From assembly GCA_030390025.1 (NCBI GenBank), contig CM059432.1, positions 1,364,001-1,428,000 of the forward strand: a DNA stretch of 64,000 nucleotides. The letters are read 5' to 3'. The stretch comes from Squalus acanthias. Its lineage: Eukaryota. The position numbers were made by a program, and so were the translations under genes. This document shows, in pieces, positions 1 through 11,924 of the stretch. Under the pieces are notes generated by a model. That model was given only the letters and a program-made list of their open reading frames with translations, was not told where the DNA came from and did no database searches. Within the stretch, counting starts at the first letter, position 1, and every line of letters starts with the position of its first letter.

Positions 1-810
1 CCTCTTGGGGTGCTACCACTCAATATCGACGCGGGGGCACTAATTTTTGCGCCCCGGCGAAGTTAGCACCACAAAGGGGGCGCGACTCAATTTCCCCTCC
101 CTTGAGTGTCATCTTTGCTCAGCGGTAGCACCCTTACCTCAACGTCAGAAGGTTCAAGGCCCATTCTGGTGAATTGAGCACATAATCTAAGCTGACACTT
201 CGGTGTAGTACTGAGGAAGTGCTGCATAGTCTGATATGCCATCTTTCAGGTGAGGTAAAATCAAGGCCCTGTCCACCCAAATGTCACTCTGTTTGGGTGA
301 CCATAAAGGTTCCCATAGCACTACTGATGTCCAGGCCAAGATCTTTTCCCTCAACACCACAAATAACAATGACTGCTCTTCAAATGCAATTTATTGGCTG
401 TGAAACTCTTTGGATGCCTAGAAGACATGAAAGGCGCTATATAATTCTTTTTCGTTTTACCTGCCCAGATTGTACTAAAAATGCATCTCCACAGCAGAGG
501 AACCTCAAGGCCAGAGGGGCGGGGGTGTATATAATTAGTCCTGATTATTTTTCCAATTATGGCAAGGTTGGGGCTGTGCTATTCCGTGGTATGGACCACC
601 AATAGCAGGGATGGTTTTGCTAAATTTTTATAGGCAAGCCCCAATCCTTCATTAGAAACGACTCTTTGTGCTTGGAAAATGTATACAGGTTGATTGGCCA
701 GAAGTTATAAATTGGTCAAACCAACAGCTCTTAAAGGACTTGGAGGAGAATTATCTGTTTTACTTGAGGGACAACAGATTTAGCATTGTGTGGGCGGAGG
801 ATGGCTCAAA

Positions 811-936
811 GCCTTCAGTAATGATTCCTTGGAATCGCTGATGCAAGAAGTGAAGGAGGGTGGTGTTGTTGGCCAGGTGCAAGCTGCATAGATGCAGGTC
901 ACTCATGAGGTGAATGCAGTCTGCTGTACCTGGAAA
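811..936 (+). pseudogene. Fossil Myb/SANT-like DNA-binding domain of Harbinger-ORF type
   Basis: AFSNDSLESLMQEVKE...VQAA*MQVTHEVNAVCCT resembles the FSxxELxxLxxEV...AWxxVAxxVNA pattern, with TAG at the Trp position. Confidence 0.4.
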
Positions 937-1525
937 TAAATTAGGAACAGGTTTAGTGGCACCAGAAGAGCTAAGGTCTATGCACCACCTTGAATTACAC
1001 ATGCACTTTTTCTTCAGACTCGACACGGAATGTTGAACTGCTCGCACTTGGGTAGATAAGCTGTGAAGCATGCACAAAGCATTGGCTTTTTATTTTTTGC
1101 AGTCATCTTTCATACAATAGAAGCTGAACATTTGCTGTGTGGGAGGGGGGGGGGGAAATAATACTGCACACACAATCCTTCACTGTTCAGTTGTAAAAAT
1201 GCTATGTTAGAAAAGCACCATGCAGACTTGTGTAAAAAGACCCAGTTTCAGCGGGCTTCACAGGGCTTCTATTTTGTGTGCTCAGGCACTTGCTAACAGT
1301 TTCATTATTGTGCTGCTGCTTACACGCCAAGACTGTTCACATTGGGAAAGGACCATTGTGCCAGTTGTGCTGAAGCAGCTGTATGATTTTGAAGAGATAG
1401 CCCTTGTTCTTTCTGGATGCAAATATATACAGGGTATTGGCGAGAGAGAGTTTGGAGGTGTGGTGCCACCACTCGGCAATTTAGAATGTAGCTGTGGATC
1501 CCTTTAAATAACATTGCTACAGCTT

Positions 1526-1895
1526 GGGTACGGTAGCATAGTGGTTATGTTACTGGACTAGTAATCCAGAGGCCTGGACTAATGATCCGGAGACTGTGAG
1601 TTCAAATCCCATCACGGCAGCTGGGGAATTTAAATTCAAATAAATAAATCTGGAATAAAAAGCTAGTATCAGTAATGGTGACCATGAAACTACCGGATTG
1701 TCGTAAAAACCCATCTGGTTCACTAATGTCCTTTAGGGAAGGAAATCTGCCGCCCTTGCCCGGTCTGGCCGATATGTGACTCTTAACTAGCCTCTGAAAT
1801 GGCTTAGCAAGTCAGTTGTATTCAAGAAGGCGGCTCACCACCACCTTCTCAAGGGGCAATTGGGGATGGGCACATCCCGTGAATGAATTTAAAAA
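1526..1895 (+). mobile_element. tRNA-derived SINE of a third family; copies at 42208-42632 (-), 50535-50892 (+) and a degenerate one at 2200-2510
   Basis: A box TAGCATAGTGG, B box GTTCAAATCCC; tail ggcggctcaccaccaccttctcaaggg shared with the LINE end at 9355-9560. Confidence 0.75.
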
Positions 1896-3134
1896 AGCTT
1901 GCCTCCTGACTGTTGTCAACAAGAATTACTGGGCAGGTTTAAGAATCAGTGAATGGGGGAGCTCTCACAACTGAATTTAATAAGCCCCTCCACCACTATC
2001 AGACGGCCACCCTAGACGCCTGATCCAATATGGCGGCCGGTGCATTTCCGGGGAGTTTGGGCGTTGGAAGATCACGTGCTAAAATTTTACACTCAAAAAA
2101 ACTGATTAAACCAAGTTGAATTTCTCCCCCAGAATGTTCTGATGAAGAGTATATCCAAAATGTTAGCCTGTCTTCTTTACAGATTCTGATTTTTTGCATT
2201 GTGGTTATGGTACTGGACTAGTAACGTAGAAATTGAGAGCTCAAATTCGACCGTGTAAATAGTGAATTTGAATTCAATAAATTTAATTGGGTTGGATTGT
2301 CATTAAAAACCTAACTTTTTTTATACTAATGTCCTTCGGGGAAGGTAATTTACCACCCCTACTCTATCTGGCCTACATATCACTGCAGTCTCACGCTACA
2401 TGGTTGACTGTTAATGCCCTAAGTGGCTTAACAAACCCCTCAGTTGTACAAACAATCGCTTGCAAGAAAACCCACCAGCATCTTTGTGGGGCAGCTAGGA
2501 ATAGACAATGGTCCGGATTTTGCGGTCTGCGGTGAAGTGATGGCGCTCATAAATACAGAAGCAACATCTGGTTCCTTGTTACGATGATGTAACTATCTGA
2601 CCAATCAGCAGCAGTTACGAGGGACCCAATAACCAGAAACAATAAATTGAAAGCTGCCAAATTCCCACTACTCTCTGGCCCTGTCCATCAAACAGGGAAC
2701 AATTAGATAAGTCACCGATAAACATAAGATTTTTAGAAAGTAATACTCGATGATGGGTTATCAGTTAGTGAGATTTCTAGCAAGTGAAACTAACATTTGA
2801 AGCAGTTGGGATTACTATTGGCCAGTAAGCTGTCTCAAAAGTAACTCGGCAATTATTTTAAGATATGTTCATAATGAACAAAGATAAGCCTACTTTTACT
2901 GTAGCTCTTGTAACAAATCGAGCATAAAGTTGCCAACAAAGCCATCAACTTTCGAACAACATTGAAAAAAGACAATTTTTAAAGTTTATTAATAACATGT
3001 TAACAATGACTTGATTTATTACAGGTAGAAGGTTAGCATTTGGTCTCAGAATTTGAAAAGATAAGGAGAGTGCGCCCCAGATCTTGGAGTGAATGTTTGT
3101 CTACCTTCATTTTCTATCATTAAACAAATCATAA

Positions 3135-3668
3135 TACTGCACTCCTGGCTGGCCTCCCACTTTGCACCCTCCGTAAACCTGAGCTTCATCCAAAACTCCG
3201 CTGCCTCTATCCTAACTCACCAAGTCCCGTTCACCCATCACCCCTCGCTGACCTACATTGGCTCCCAGTCTGGCAACGCCTCGATTTTAAAATTCTCATC
3301 CTTGTTTTCAAATCTCTCCATGGCCTCGCCACCCTCCATCTGTGTAACCTCCTCCAGTCCTACAACCCTTCGTGATCGCTCCGCTCCTCCAATTCTGGCC
3401 TCTTGAGCATTCCCGATTTTAATCGCTCCACCATTGGTGGCCGTGCCTTCAACTGCCAAGGCCCTAAACTCTGGAATTCCCTCCCTAAACCTCTCTCTCC
3501 TCCGTTAAGACGCTCCTTAAAACCAACCTCTTTGACAAACTTTTGATGACCTGTCCTAATATTTCCTTATGTGGCTCAGCGTCAAATTTTATCTGATAAT
3601 CGCTCCTGTGCAGCGCCTTGGGATGTTTTACGACGTTAAAGGCGCTATATAAATACAAGTTGTTGTTT
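3135..3668 (+). mobile_element. L2 LINE 3' end; a similar copy lies at 62212-62612 and older L2-like pieces near 34845-35180, 41320-42160, 43270-43620 and 53320-53770
   Basis: QNSAA...LHWLP-type coding remnant; tail aaaggcgctatataaatacaag(ttg)n. Confidence 0.8.
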
Positions 3669-4156
3669 AATATTAGAAAACTTTTTTTTACCATTGTACT
3701 CTGGAAAGAATACATGACTTGTGTTTTTTGTTATACTGCTTTTCAAATGTTTGAATCCCAGCCTCATTTGGTAAACTTGATTTTCCCTCAGCACATTGAG
3801 GTAGCCTCCCAAGACTTGTATTGGCCAAAGTTAAAAATCAGTTGGCCAGTCCTCCCTTGACCTGGTGATGAAGAAATGTTTGCATCAAAGGGGGGGGGTC
3901 TAATGGGAGTAGACAGAAATTATTCTCAGTGTAGCAGTTTGAAACAATGTTATAAATATGCACAATGCAATTTAGTGTTCACTCTATTAGATATTCAGGG
4001 ACAACATAAACTCTACCGTTAATACACATTTGTAATATCCCAATGTTCCCTAGGAAAACTTGTTGTAACAGTTACACCCTCTTGTGAAATTATACTGTAG
4101 CGCATAGCCTGTAGATATTGAATTACTGTAGAGAATATAATGGGAAGGTCAATTAT

Positions 4157-4605
4157 TAGCACTCTTGCCTCTGAATCAGAAGTTTGTGGGTTCAAGTCCC
4201 ACTCCAGAGACTTAAGCACAAAAATCTAGGCTGACACTCCAGTACAGTGCTGAAGGAGTGCCGCACTGTCGGAGGTGCCGTCTTTCGGATAAGATGTTAA
4301 TCCGAGGCCTCGTCTGCTCTCTCAGGTGGACATAAAAGATCCCATGGCCACTATTTCGAAGAAGAGCAAGGGAGTTATCCCTGGTGTCCTGACCAATATT
4401 TATCCCTCAATCAACATAACAAAAACAGATTATCTGGTCATTATCACATTGCTGTTTGCGGGAGCTTGCTGTGCGCAATTGGCTACCGCATTTCCTACAT
4501 TACAACAGTGACTCCACTTCAAAAAAGTACTTCATTGGCTGTGATGCGCTTTGGGACATCCTGAGGTCGTGAAAGGCGCCAGTAGAAATGCATGTCTTTT
4601 TTCTT
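4157..4605 (+). mobile_element. DeuSINE; further copies near 107-455, 6070-6462 and 61313-61592 (+), and 49740-50300 and 53785-54130 (-)
   Basis: Deu-domain sequence and shared tail. Confidence 0.82.
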
Positions 4606-4685
4606 TGTATTAGTATCTAATATTTAGTTTCAAGTTCTTAATGTGTGTTTTAAATCAAAATGTCTTTTGATGCTTTTACAAATAG

Positions 4686-5710
4686 TGATGACTACAGGCC
4701 CAGAGGAGAGAGCAGAGTGGCTATCAGATCGAGACGAGCCAGCAGATCAAAACGTAACTGCATCATCCAACATTTTTGTACCCATTGATCAAAAATCTTG
4801 TTTTCTTATTGAGAAAGCCTCATTAGAAGATGTACCTGTTTTGCGTGAGGATTTAATTCCCAGACTATTAATGACTGAAACAAGTTTTAATAAATCTAAT
4901 ATGGTGTCCAAAAAGGAGATTTCTGAGATGGTAGCTGAAGATAAAGCTAGTTTTGTATACATTTACACAAATACTTGTTCTGTGAACCAAGATGAATCTG
5001 GTTTTGCATACATTTATACCAATGCTTCTTCAGTCAACCAAGAAGATAAATCAACTAACATTAAGCAGAGACCAGCTCACCTTGAAGTCACAACAGGTCA
5101 AGTGACAAAGAAAGCACCTCCTGCGAACTGCAAGGATACACCTGAACAAGCTAATGAATTCAACAATATTCCAATTTTGGCTCAAATGCAACGAGCCCTG
5201 GTTGATAATAGCACAATTAGACAAGCACCTGTTCACAAGAGCCAGCCAACTTCTCGTAAATCAGAATCAGTTTCAGAGGTGCCCTTGGCTCATCGTGCAC
5301 TTTCATCGGACACAGTGATGTACCAAAAGGCCATCTCAATGGCTCACAAAGCAGTTCCAGTTCACGCTGAGGCAATTCCAAGCCATACCGAGCACACGTC
5401 GGCTCTTTGTTCTGACCTGTCAGCACTGGACAATTACAAGCAACTGTTAATGTCTCTCGGAAGAGTTTCATATCCCATAGAAGCAGCGTCAGCTGACAAG
5501 GAACTTGGTAAGAAAGACTCACTAGTGCACATTGTTGACACCACACCAGGTGACCATAAATACCAACTTGAGAAATGTAAATCTCATGAATGCTCCTCAG
5601 TCCTTAAAACTGGAAAGGCAAAGAAGGAAACACTAGACAGTTTGCTGTACACTAAGAGAACAGATGTAAATGAGAAAGATACAAATAGATGGAAAGCAAA
5701 AAAGAACCTG
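4686..5710 (+). CDS. Large internal exon (about 341 codons) of an unidentified S/T/E/K-rich protein; CABYR-like by position only
   Basis: 369-aa non-repeat ORF 4643-5752 with acceptor tttacaaatag| (alternative at 4697) and a strong donor CTG|gtaagg; an internal 17-aa repeat shows synonymous differences. Confidence 0.65.
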
Positions 5711-6750
5711 GTAAGGTTTTGTGTAAACATAAATTTGATAATTTTTTATTGAGTCTGAAGTTAGTACAGCTCTCAAATTACATTGACTATATTTTACTCC
5801 AGTTTTTACAAATTACTCTATTTTAAACAAAACAATGGAATGTAAAAGCAAAAAAGAACAAGATACCATTACAATCTAGAACTGTAACCACAGCTGCTAA
5901 GATTCCAAAAGTTTAGTTTTTTGATAAGATAATTGGTTCATAGACTTTATCATAGAATGATACAGCACAGGAGGCTGCCATTTGGCCCATCATGCCTGTG
6001 CTGGAATAAGCTAATAGATGACTAGCAATGAGTTACAGTACAGTAATTCAGTCAAGCAATGAGAGTAATCAAGTCCCATTCCAGGGACTTGAGCACATAA
6101 TCTAAGCTGACACTCCAGTGCAGTACTGAGGGAGTGCTGCACTGTCGGAGGTGCCATCTTTCGGATGAGACGTTAAACTGAGGACCCGTCTGCCCTCTCA
6201 GGTGGACGTAAAAGATCCCATGGCAATATTTCAAAGAAGAGCAGGGAAGTTCTCCCCGATGCCCTGGCCAATATTTATCCCTCAACCAACATCACTAAAA
6301 GCAGGTTATCTGGTAATTATCACATTGCTGTTTGTGGGACCTTGCTGTGGGCAAATTGCACATTCCCGACATTACAACAGTGACTACACTTCAGAAGTGC
6401 TTAATTGGCTGTAAAGCACTTTGGGATGTCCTGCGGTGAAAGGCACTATAAGTCTTTCTTTTCTTAAAGTTAAAGCAGTTTATGAATAGCAGTAGAATTT
6501 GCAGAGTGAATGAGTAATTGAAAGATACCAACGCGTATATCATTGTTATAAAAACAGAAAATGTTAGAGATACACAGCAGATCATTCATTTAAAAAGAAT
6601 GATAGGTTAATGCTTTGGGTAGGACTGTTCATCAGACAGATGGTATTCTTCATAATGTGTTACCAACATTAGTGGCCTGATGCAAATTGTGATGATGAGA
6701 ATAGGCGTTGCAGTTGGAATGTCCAAGCTGCCTATGACTAACATTTTCTA

Positions 6751-6896
6751 TGATGCGGAGATGCCGGTGTTGGACTGGGGTGGACAAAAGTGAGAAGTCG
6801 CACAACACCAGGTTATAGTCCAACAGCTTTATTTGATTATGTGATTTCAAATAAAGCTGTTGGACTATAACCTGGTGTTGTGCGAGTTCTCACTTT
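6751..6896. mobile_element. Penelope-like inverted-repeat insert, with a 12-bp TSD
   Basis: TAACATTTTCTA at 6739-6750 and 6897-6908; 51-bp inverted arms at 6786-6836 and 6847-6897. Confidence 0.65.
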
Positions 6897-7239
6897 TAAC
6901 ATTTTCTACAGAGGCCTCTTTGCCCCATTCTCCTATTTATACAAGACCAAAGAGCTATGTATGAGTATGCTATTTGAAGGACTTGATTCTACAACTAAAG
7001 ATCTCTACACTTGCCAAGTATCTTTCTCCTCACCACCTTATTTCTCATTACCACTTCAAAACAATCCCTTCTACGTGGCAGAAAATAATATTGATTTGGA
7101 CTTTGAGAATAAAGATGATAAGGGGTCAACAAATGCAGATGCAACAAAAGCCGAGGCATTTGTCTACACCCGGCACGACCCCGACATCATATTGACAGAT
7201 CCCTCCATGCATCTTTGGACATGTCAGAAGAGATGTACA

Positions 7240-7385
7240 ATAGCAAAATACTGCGGATGCTGGAAATCTGAAACAACAACAGAAAATGCTGGAAACACTC
7301 AGCATCGTGGCGAGAGAAACAGATTTAATGTTTCAGGTCGATGACCCTTCGTCCGAACTGCTCATCAACCTGAAACGTTAACTTG
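7240..7385 (-). mobile_element. Second Penelope-like short repeat family; other copies near 50440-50535, 51236-51362, 57310-57436 and 57640-57850
   Basis: Shared ...tctccacagatgctgcctgacctgctgagtatttccagcattttctg... core with degenerate hammerhead boxes. Confidence 0.5.
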
Positions 7386-8176
7386 AAAATAAAAAAAATG
7401 GAAGGGCTATGGGGAAAGAGCAGGGGTGAGGGGGACTAATTAGACAGCTCTTTGAAAGAGCCAGCACAGGCACGATGGGCTGTGCTGTATGATTCTAGGT
7501 GCAGCTCCAAGTCGTAACTATTTGGAATTTAATACATTTTAAAAAAATAGTCCACTATTTCCACTTGCGTACATGGTTACTCACATCAGGATGAGTTTCC
7601 CCAATTTAAAAATTCCAAGTCACCAGTGAAAAACACATTTGGGCCCTAAATGCCCTGGAGTGGGCCTCAACTGGTGGAACAGAGTTAGACCTTCAGTTTA
7701 CCAGTGCGAGTGTCAGCTCAGCTCAACATTTAAAAATTCTGCAACTTCTGGAACAATCGCTTACCAAATAAAGCATCAACTTTTGGGCCCAATAAAAGCA
7801 GCTAGTCTATCGTTATAGCAAGCAAATGCTAACACCCAAGGCAGAGGCATTAAACAACTTTAGAAACAGTTATAACTCTCCTCACTCTGAAGGATTGTTC
7901 AATAGGGCCCTCTCAAATAGGCTTCAAGGTAACATAGCACAGCACTCTTCTAATTTCATAAACCTGTCCTGGTCTCACCAAGTTCTTGGACCTGTGAAGA
8001 CCTGTGCATTAGAGAAAATATGACCATATTTCATTCATTAATGAAATGATATAAACTGTGGCCGTGCTGTCAAAAATTCACAATTGCTGGTGCTGCTCTA
8101 TTCTACTTTTCAGTGATTGTTATGACCTGTCTCCAATTAATTCCACGCTCTTTCTGATCTGCATTTCCCAATGTAG

Positions 8177-8580
8177 GAGTTAATGAAGCTGTAAATGAAA
8201 TACAGGATACGGACTTTCTATCTACCCCTTCCCAAAGTGAAAAAGCAATAAGCCAACACTCCTCAGATTCAGAAAATGAGGGTTCTCCACCAGTGACTTA
8301 CCACAGTTACAGTCAAGTTCCAGAATCACTGCTGGATTTAGAGATGTTACATTCAGAAACCCAGCACGAATCACTTAAAGTCGTGACTGACATTTTTCAA
8401 AAGGTATATACCCGGCTCGGTGAACTGGAGTTCCAAGTGCAGGATCTGGTGAACCGTCTTGGAGACCTGAGTACTACCGTAAACGAGATACATTCCGCAA
8501 TGAACATCGGTAGGTCAGGTGACTCATTTTGTTCAAATACTTTTGAACGGCATGAGAATTATTTTCGCAGTTCATTATGA
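8177..8580 (+). CDS. Probable terminal exon of the same plus-strand gene, with an acidic/Ser-rich stretch and a heptad coiled coil
   Basis: Pyrimidine-rich acceptor ...cccaatgtag|GA; open frame VNEAVNEIQDTDF...VYTRLGELEFQVQDLVNRLGDLSTTVNEI...RSSL*; AATAAA at 8659-8664. A possible internal donor lies near 8509. Confidence 0.55.
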
Positions 8581-9925
8581 AACATACTGCCACGGTCATA
8601 TTAGAGTAATGATACACTTAAGTAGATCAGGACGCAAAAAAAGAATCAAATTCTCTGCAATAAAAATGGCTTTGCAATTGAATGATTCTTTATTATTCAA
8701 TTATGTTTATAAGTTTTATACTTGGCTGTACTTCCATCGATTCTAAAGAAAGGATCAGTGCTTAAAGGAGGATAGTGGCGGATGGGGAGTACTTTCAGTG
8801 CAAAATACAAGTTATCTAATAATCTACTTTCCCCTCCTATGGAGGCCTGCCATTTTGAACTCCCCTTGCAGTGTAAGGGGTAGTGTGAGTATTGGGATGG
8901 TAGAGCAGGGTTAGAATTGGGAAAGCAATGGAGTGTTAGAGGCTGGGAAAGGGGGATGTTAGAGCATAGGAGGTTAGAGGAGACCTGGAGGTGGAGAGGC
9001 AGGGAGGGCAGAGAGCTGCAGAGGTAGCGGTAATACTGATACAACCAGTTTGATAAATTCACCTAAATTTTAAAACTTTATTTTCTATACGTTTGACCAC
9101 CCCCAGATTTTTCATAGAATCCTAGAAATTTACAGCACAGGAGAAGGCCATTCGGCCCATTGATCTGTGCCGGCTAAAAAAAGAGCTACCCAGCCTAGAC
9201 TAACTTTCCAGCTCTTGGTCCGTAGCCTTGTAGGTTGCAGCACTTCAAGTGCATAACTTCCATTTTGGGAGAGGCTGAGGTGTTTAAATTAAAATGTTAA
9301 TGAAGGTATCAACAGACAAAAAAAATTCACTGGATAAATTTAATCATTTTTAAAAATTCATTTCAAGGGATGTGGGAGTCGCTGGCAAGGCTGGCATTTA
9401 TTGCCCATCCCTAATTTCCCTTGTGGAGGTGGTGATGAGCAATGTTCCCATTAATTTTTTTTGGGTGTGCGGCCCATTCAGTTTTGCGCATGCGCGAAAT
9501 TTAACATCGAAAATGTCGGTCCTGGTGAGCCGCCATCTTGAACCGCTGCAGTCTGTGTGGTGAAGGTGCTCCCACAGTGCTGTCAGAGGGAGTTTCAGGA
9601 TTGTGACCCAGTGACGATGAAGGAACGGCCGATATATTTCCAAGTCAGGATGGTGTGTGACTTGGAGGGGAACTTGGAGGGGATGGTGTTCCCATGCACC
9701 TGCTGCCTTTGTCCTTCTCGATGGCAGAGGTTGCAGGTTTGGGAGGTGCTGTCGAAGCCTTGGCGAGTTGCTGCAGTGCATCTTGTAGATGGTGCACACT
9801 GCAGCCACAGTATGCCGGTAGTGGAGGGAGTGAATGGGGTGCCAATCAAGCGGGCTGCTTTGTCTATTGTGAAAATGTAACTTTTTTTATTTTTACTTTT
9901 GTTTGAAACCTTACTTTGGACATTA

Positions 9926-10800
9926 GGGGGAAAAAATTCAGTATCGCCCCATTTGGGGCGCAATTATCGGCCGGGCGCAAAGATTAGCGCCTGGCACTAA
10001 TTATCACCTCCGACTGCAAACTTTGCTTTTATCGCCCCTGGAGGTGATGGAGAGCTAAATCAGGCGCTATACACCTGTCTTAAGGCGCAAAGGCCGAGGA
10101 GCGAGGCGCTACCTCAGAGTGCTGGCGAAGCTCATGTGATGTCAGTCAGCAATACACAATGGCGCCGGCCAGTTCTTAAAGGGGAGGGTTGATCTTGCTC
10201 TCCATCCACATCCTGCTCATTGCAGCCTTGAATCTCGGCCTGGAGAGACCTGTACATCAAATCTGCTGGAAAGAATGGAGAGGCCATGGGAAAGAGCTCA
10301 GAGTGCAGCCCCCACAGTCTCTTCTAAATCGATACAAGGGCAAATCAAAATGAATCTGCAAAGTGCTGCTCAGTACCCAAAACTCCTTCACACAGCATTG
10401 AATCTCTCCAGAAGTCTCTCTCTCTCTCAGAATGCGTGATGCAAAAATGTCACCAACAAAAAAAGGCAGGAAGCGGTCGCCTTTAAATAGCACTCCCCCA
10501 GTCCCTTCCTGACTGCAAAACGCTCCCCTCAACCTGTCGTTGCTAGCGGCAGGCGGTAAGGCAGGGGGCGCCACTCAACATCCGGTCCGGGGCACTACTG
10601 GGGCGTTGCACACTCGACTGACGTCACAATCTGCCGGCGCAGGAGATCGTGGCGGTAGTGTTTAGCACCGCCGCAAAATGTCTAGTTAATTTCGTGAGCG
10701 GCGCAAACATCGCCGCCCATGGGCGCTAGTTGCTTTGCGCCCCATTAGCGCCCCCCTTAAGGCGCTAACGGGAGGTGCAAACCAACTGAATTTTTCCCCC
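9926..10800. mobile_element. GC-rich non-autonomous DNA transposon (PIF/Harbinger-like)
   Basis: Terminal inverted repeats GGGGGAAAAAATTCAGT and ACTGAATTTTTCCCCC, flanked by TA. Similar termini occur near 100 and 2130. Confidence 0.65.
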
Positions 10801-11924
10801 TATAAGTTTTAGTTGCTGAGGAAAAAACAGTGGACCAAACTTTTTAAATAAAACATTTTTCAAAATAATTTTGAGATTGGTGTGGTGAGCGAGGTGCACT
10901 GGATTCTTAAAAAATAACTCATGCCCAAATTGATCAAGTGATCGCCCCCCTTTCTCTAGCGTTGCACCCGATCCAGTCGGTTCCCTAATGGGCGAGTTAG
11001 GTTACAATTGACGCCATAGGTTCAAAAAGTGTTGACATTAGCTTGCTTAGAACCAAAATTCAAATCACATGTAGGGACCACCTGAGGAACAATGAAATAC
11101 ACCTTCAAGGCATCTAATAAATGAGGTCCATCACCTGATGTTCCACTAGCACGGCTATGCCTGCTGTGGGTAGGTAATAACAATGGCAAGATGGATTTTC
11201 AGAATTTAAAAAAGTCCCTTGTCCAGCAGCAAAAGTACAAAAGATCACTCCGACGGGTTGACATGACGACCGACAGCAGTGGATACTATTCCACGTCACA
11301 TCAGAAGCTTTTACTGCAGAGTTTCACCTGGAAGCCAGCAGTTTGTGGCAATGGACCTTCTGCTTTTAAGGTTTAGGGCAGTACCAGCAGTTATACTGGT
11401 CGAGGTAATATAATCAACTAACTGCCGAGACTGGAACACTGTGGTCTCTTGACCATGGCTGATGCCAAACCATGGATTCAGCCAATTTCTGACCGACATC
11501 GGGGGAGGTTGTCAGGCTCCATGATCCTGGCTCCAATCAATCTGAATAGGACCTAATATGGCTGGGAATGGTCCCGTGGGCGTTCCATGCTCAATTCTCT
11601 ATACGACGCAAGCGTGGAAGAATGTTTCTGTACCGAGCTGAAGGCTGGTAGCATCTCCAGAACAATCAAGCTTCAATATCAAATGTTTGGCAGCAGAGGG
11701 AAGATTGAGTTGAGGAAGAATATTTGGCATAGGTCTGGGTTGGCTAGGAGGCTTGTACATCCTGAAATGACCAACTCACTCAATTTCGTAAGAAGTTTGC
11801 AGCACTGGTCAAGATAAATGGCTGAGGAATTAAGCAGCTGACCATAAATTGTGTCACTACTGAATATTTCATTCTCCCCTCCCACTGCGGCACTTAAATA
11901 TTCAACAAAGACAATAGTTTTATA

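Noticed and set aside
6880..7344. 154-aa ORF as an exon of the plus-strand gene
   Set aside because: It starts and ends inside repeats. The acceptors at 6911 and 7081 do not match the phase-0 donor at 5710 in this frame, and I found no convincing donor. It remains unresolved rather than excluded.
9926..10800. CpG-rich stretch as a promoter CpG island
   Set aside because: It is bounded by terminal inverted repeats and lies between two converging 3' ends, so a DNA transposon explains it better.
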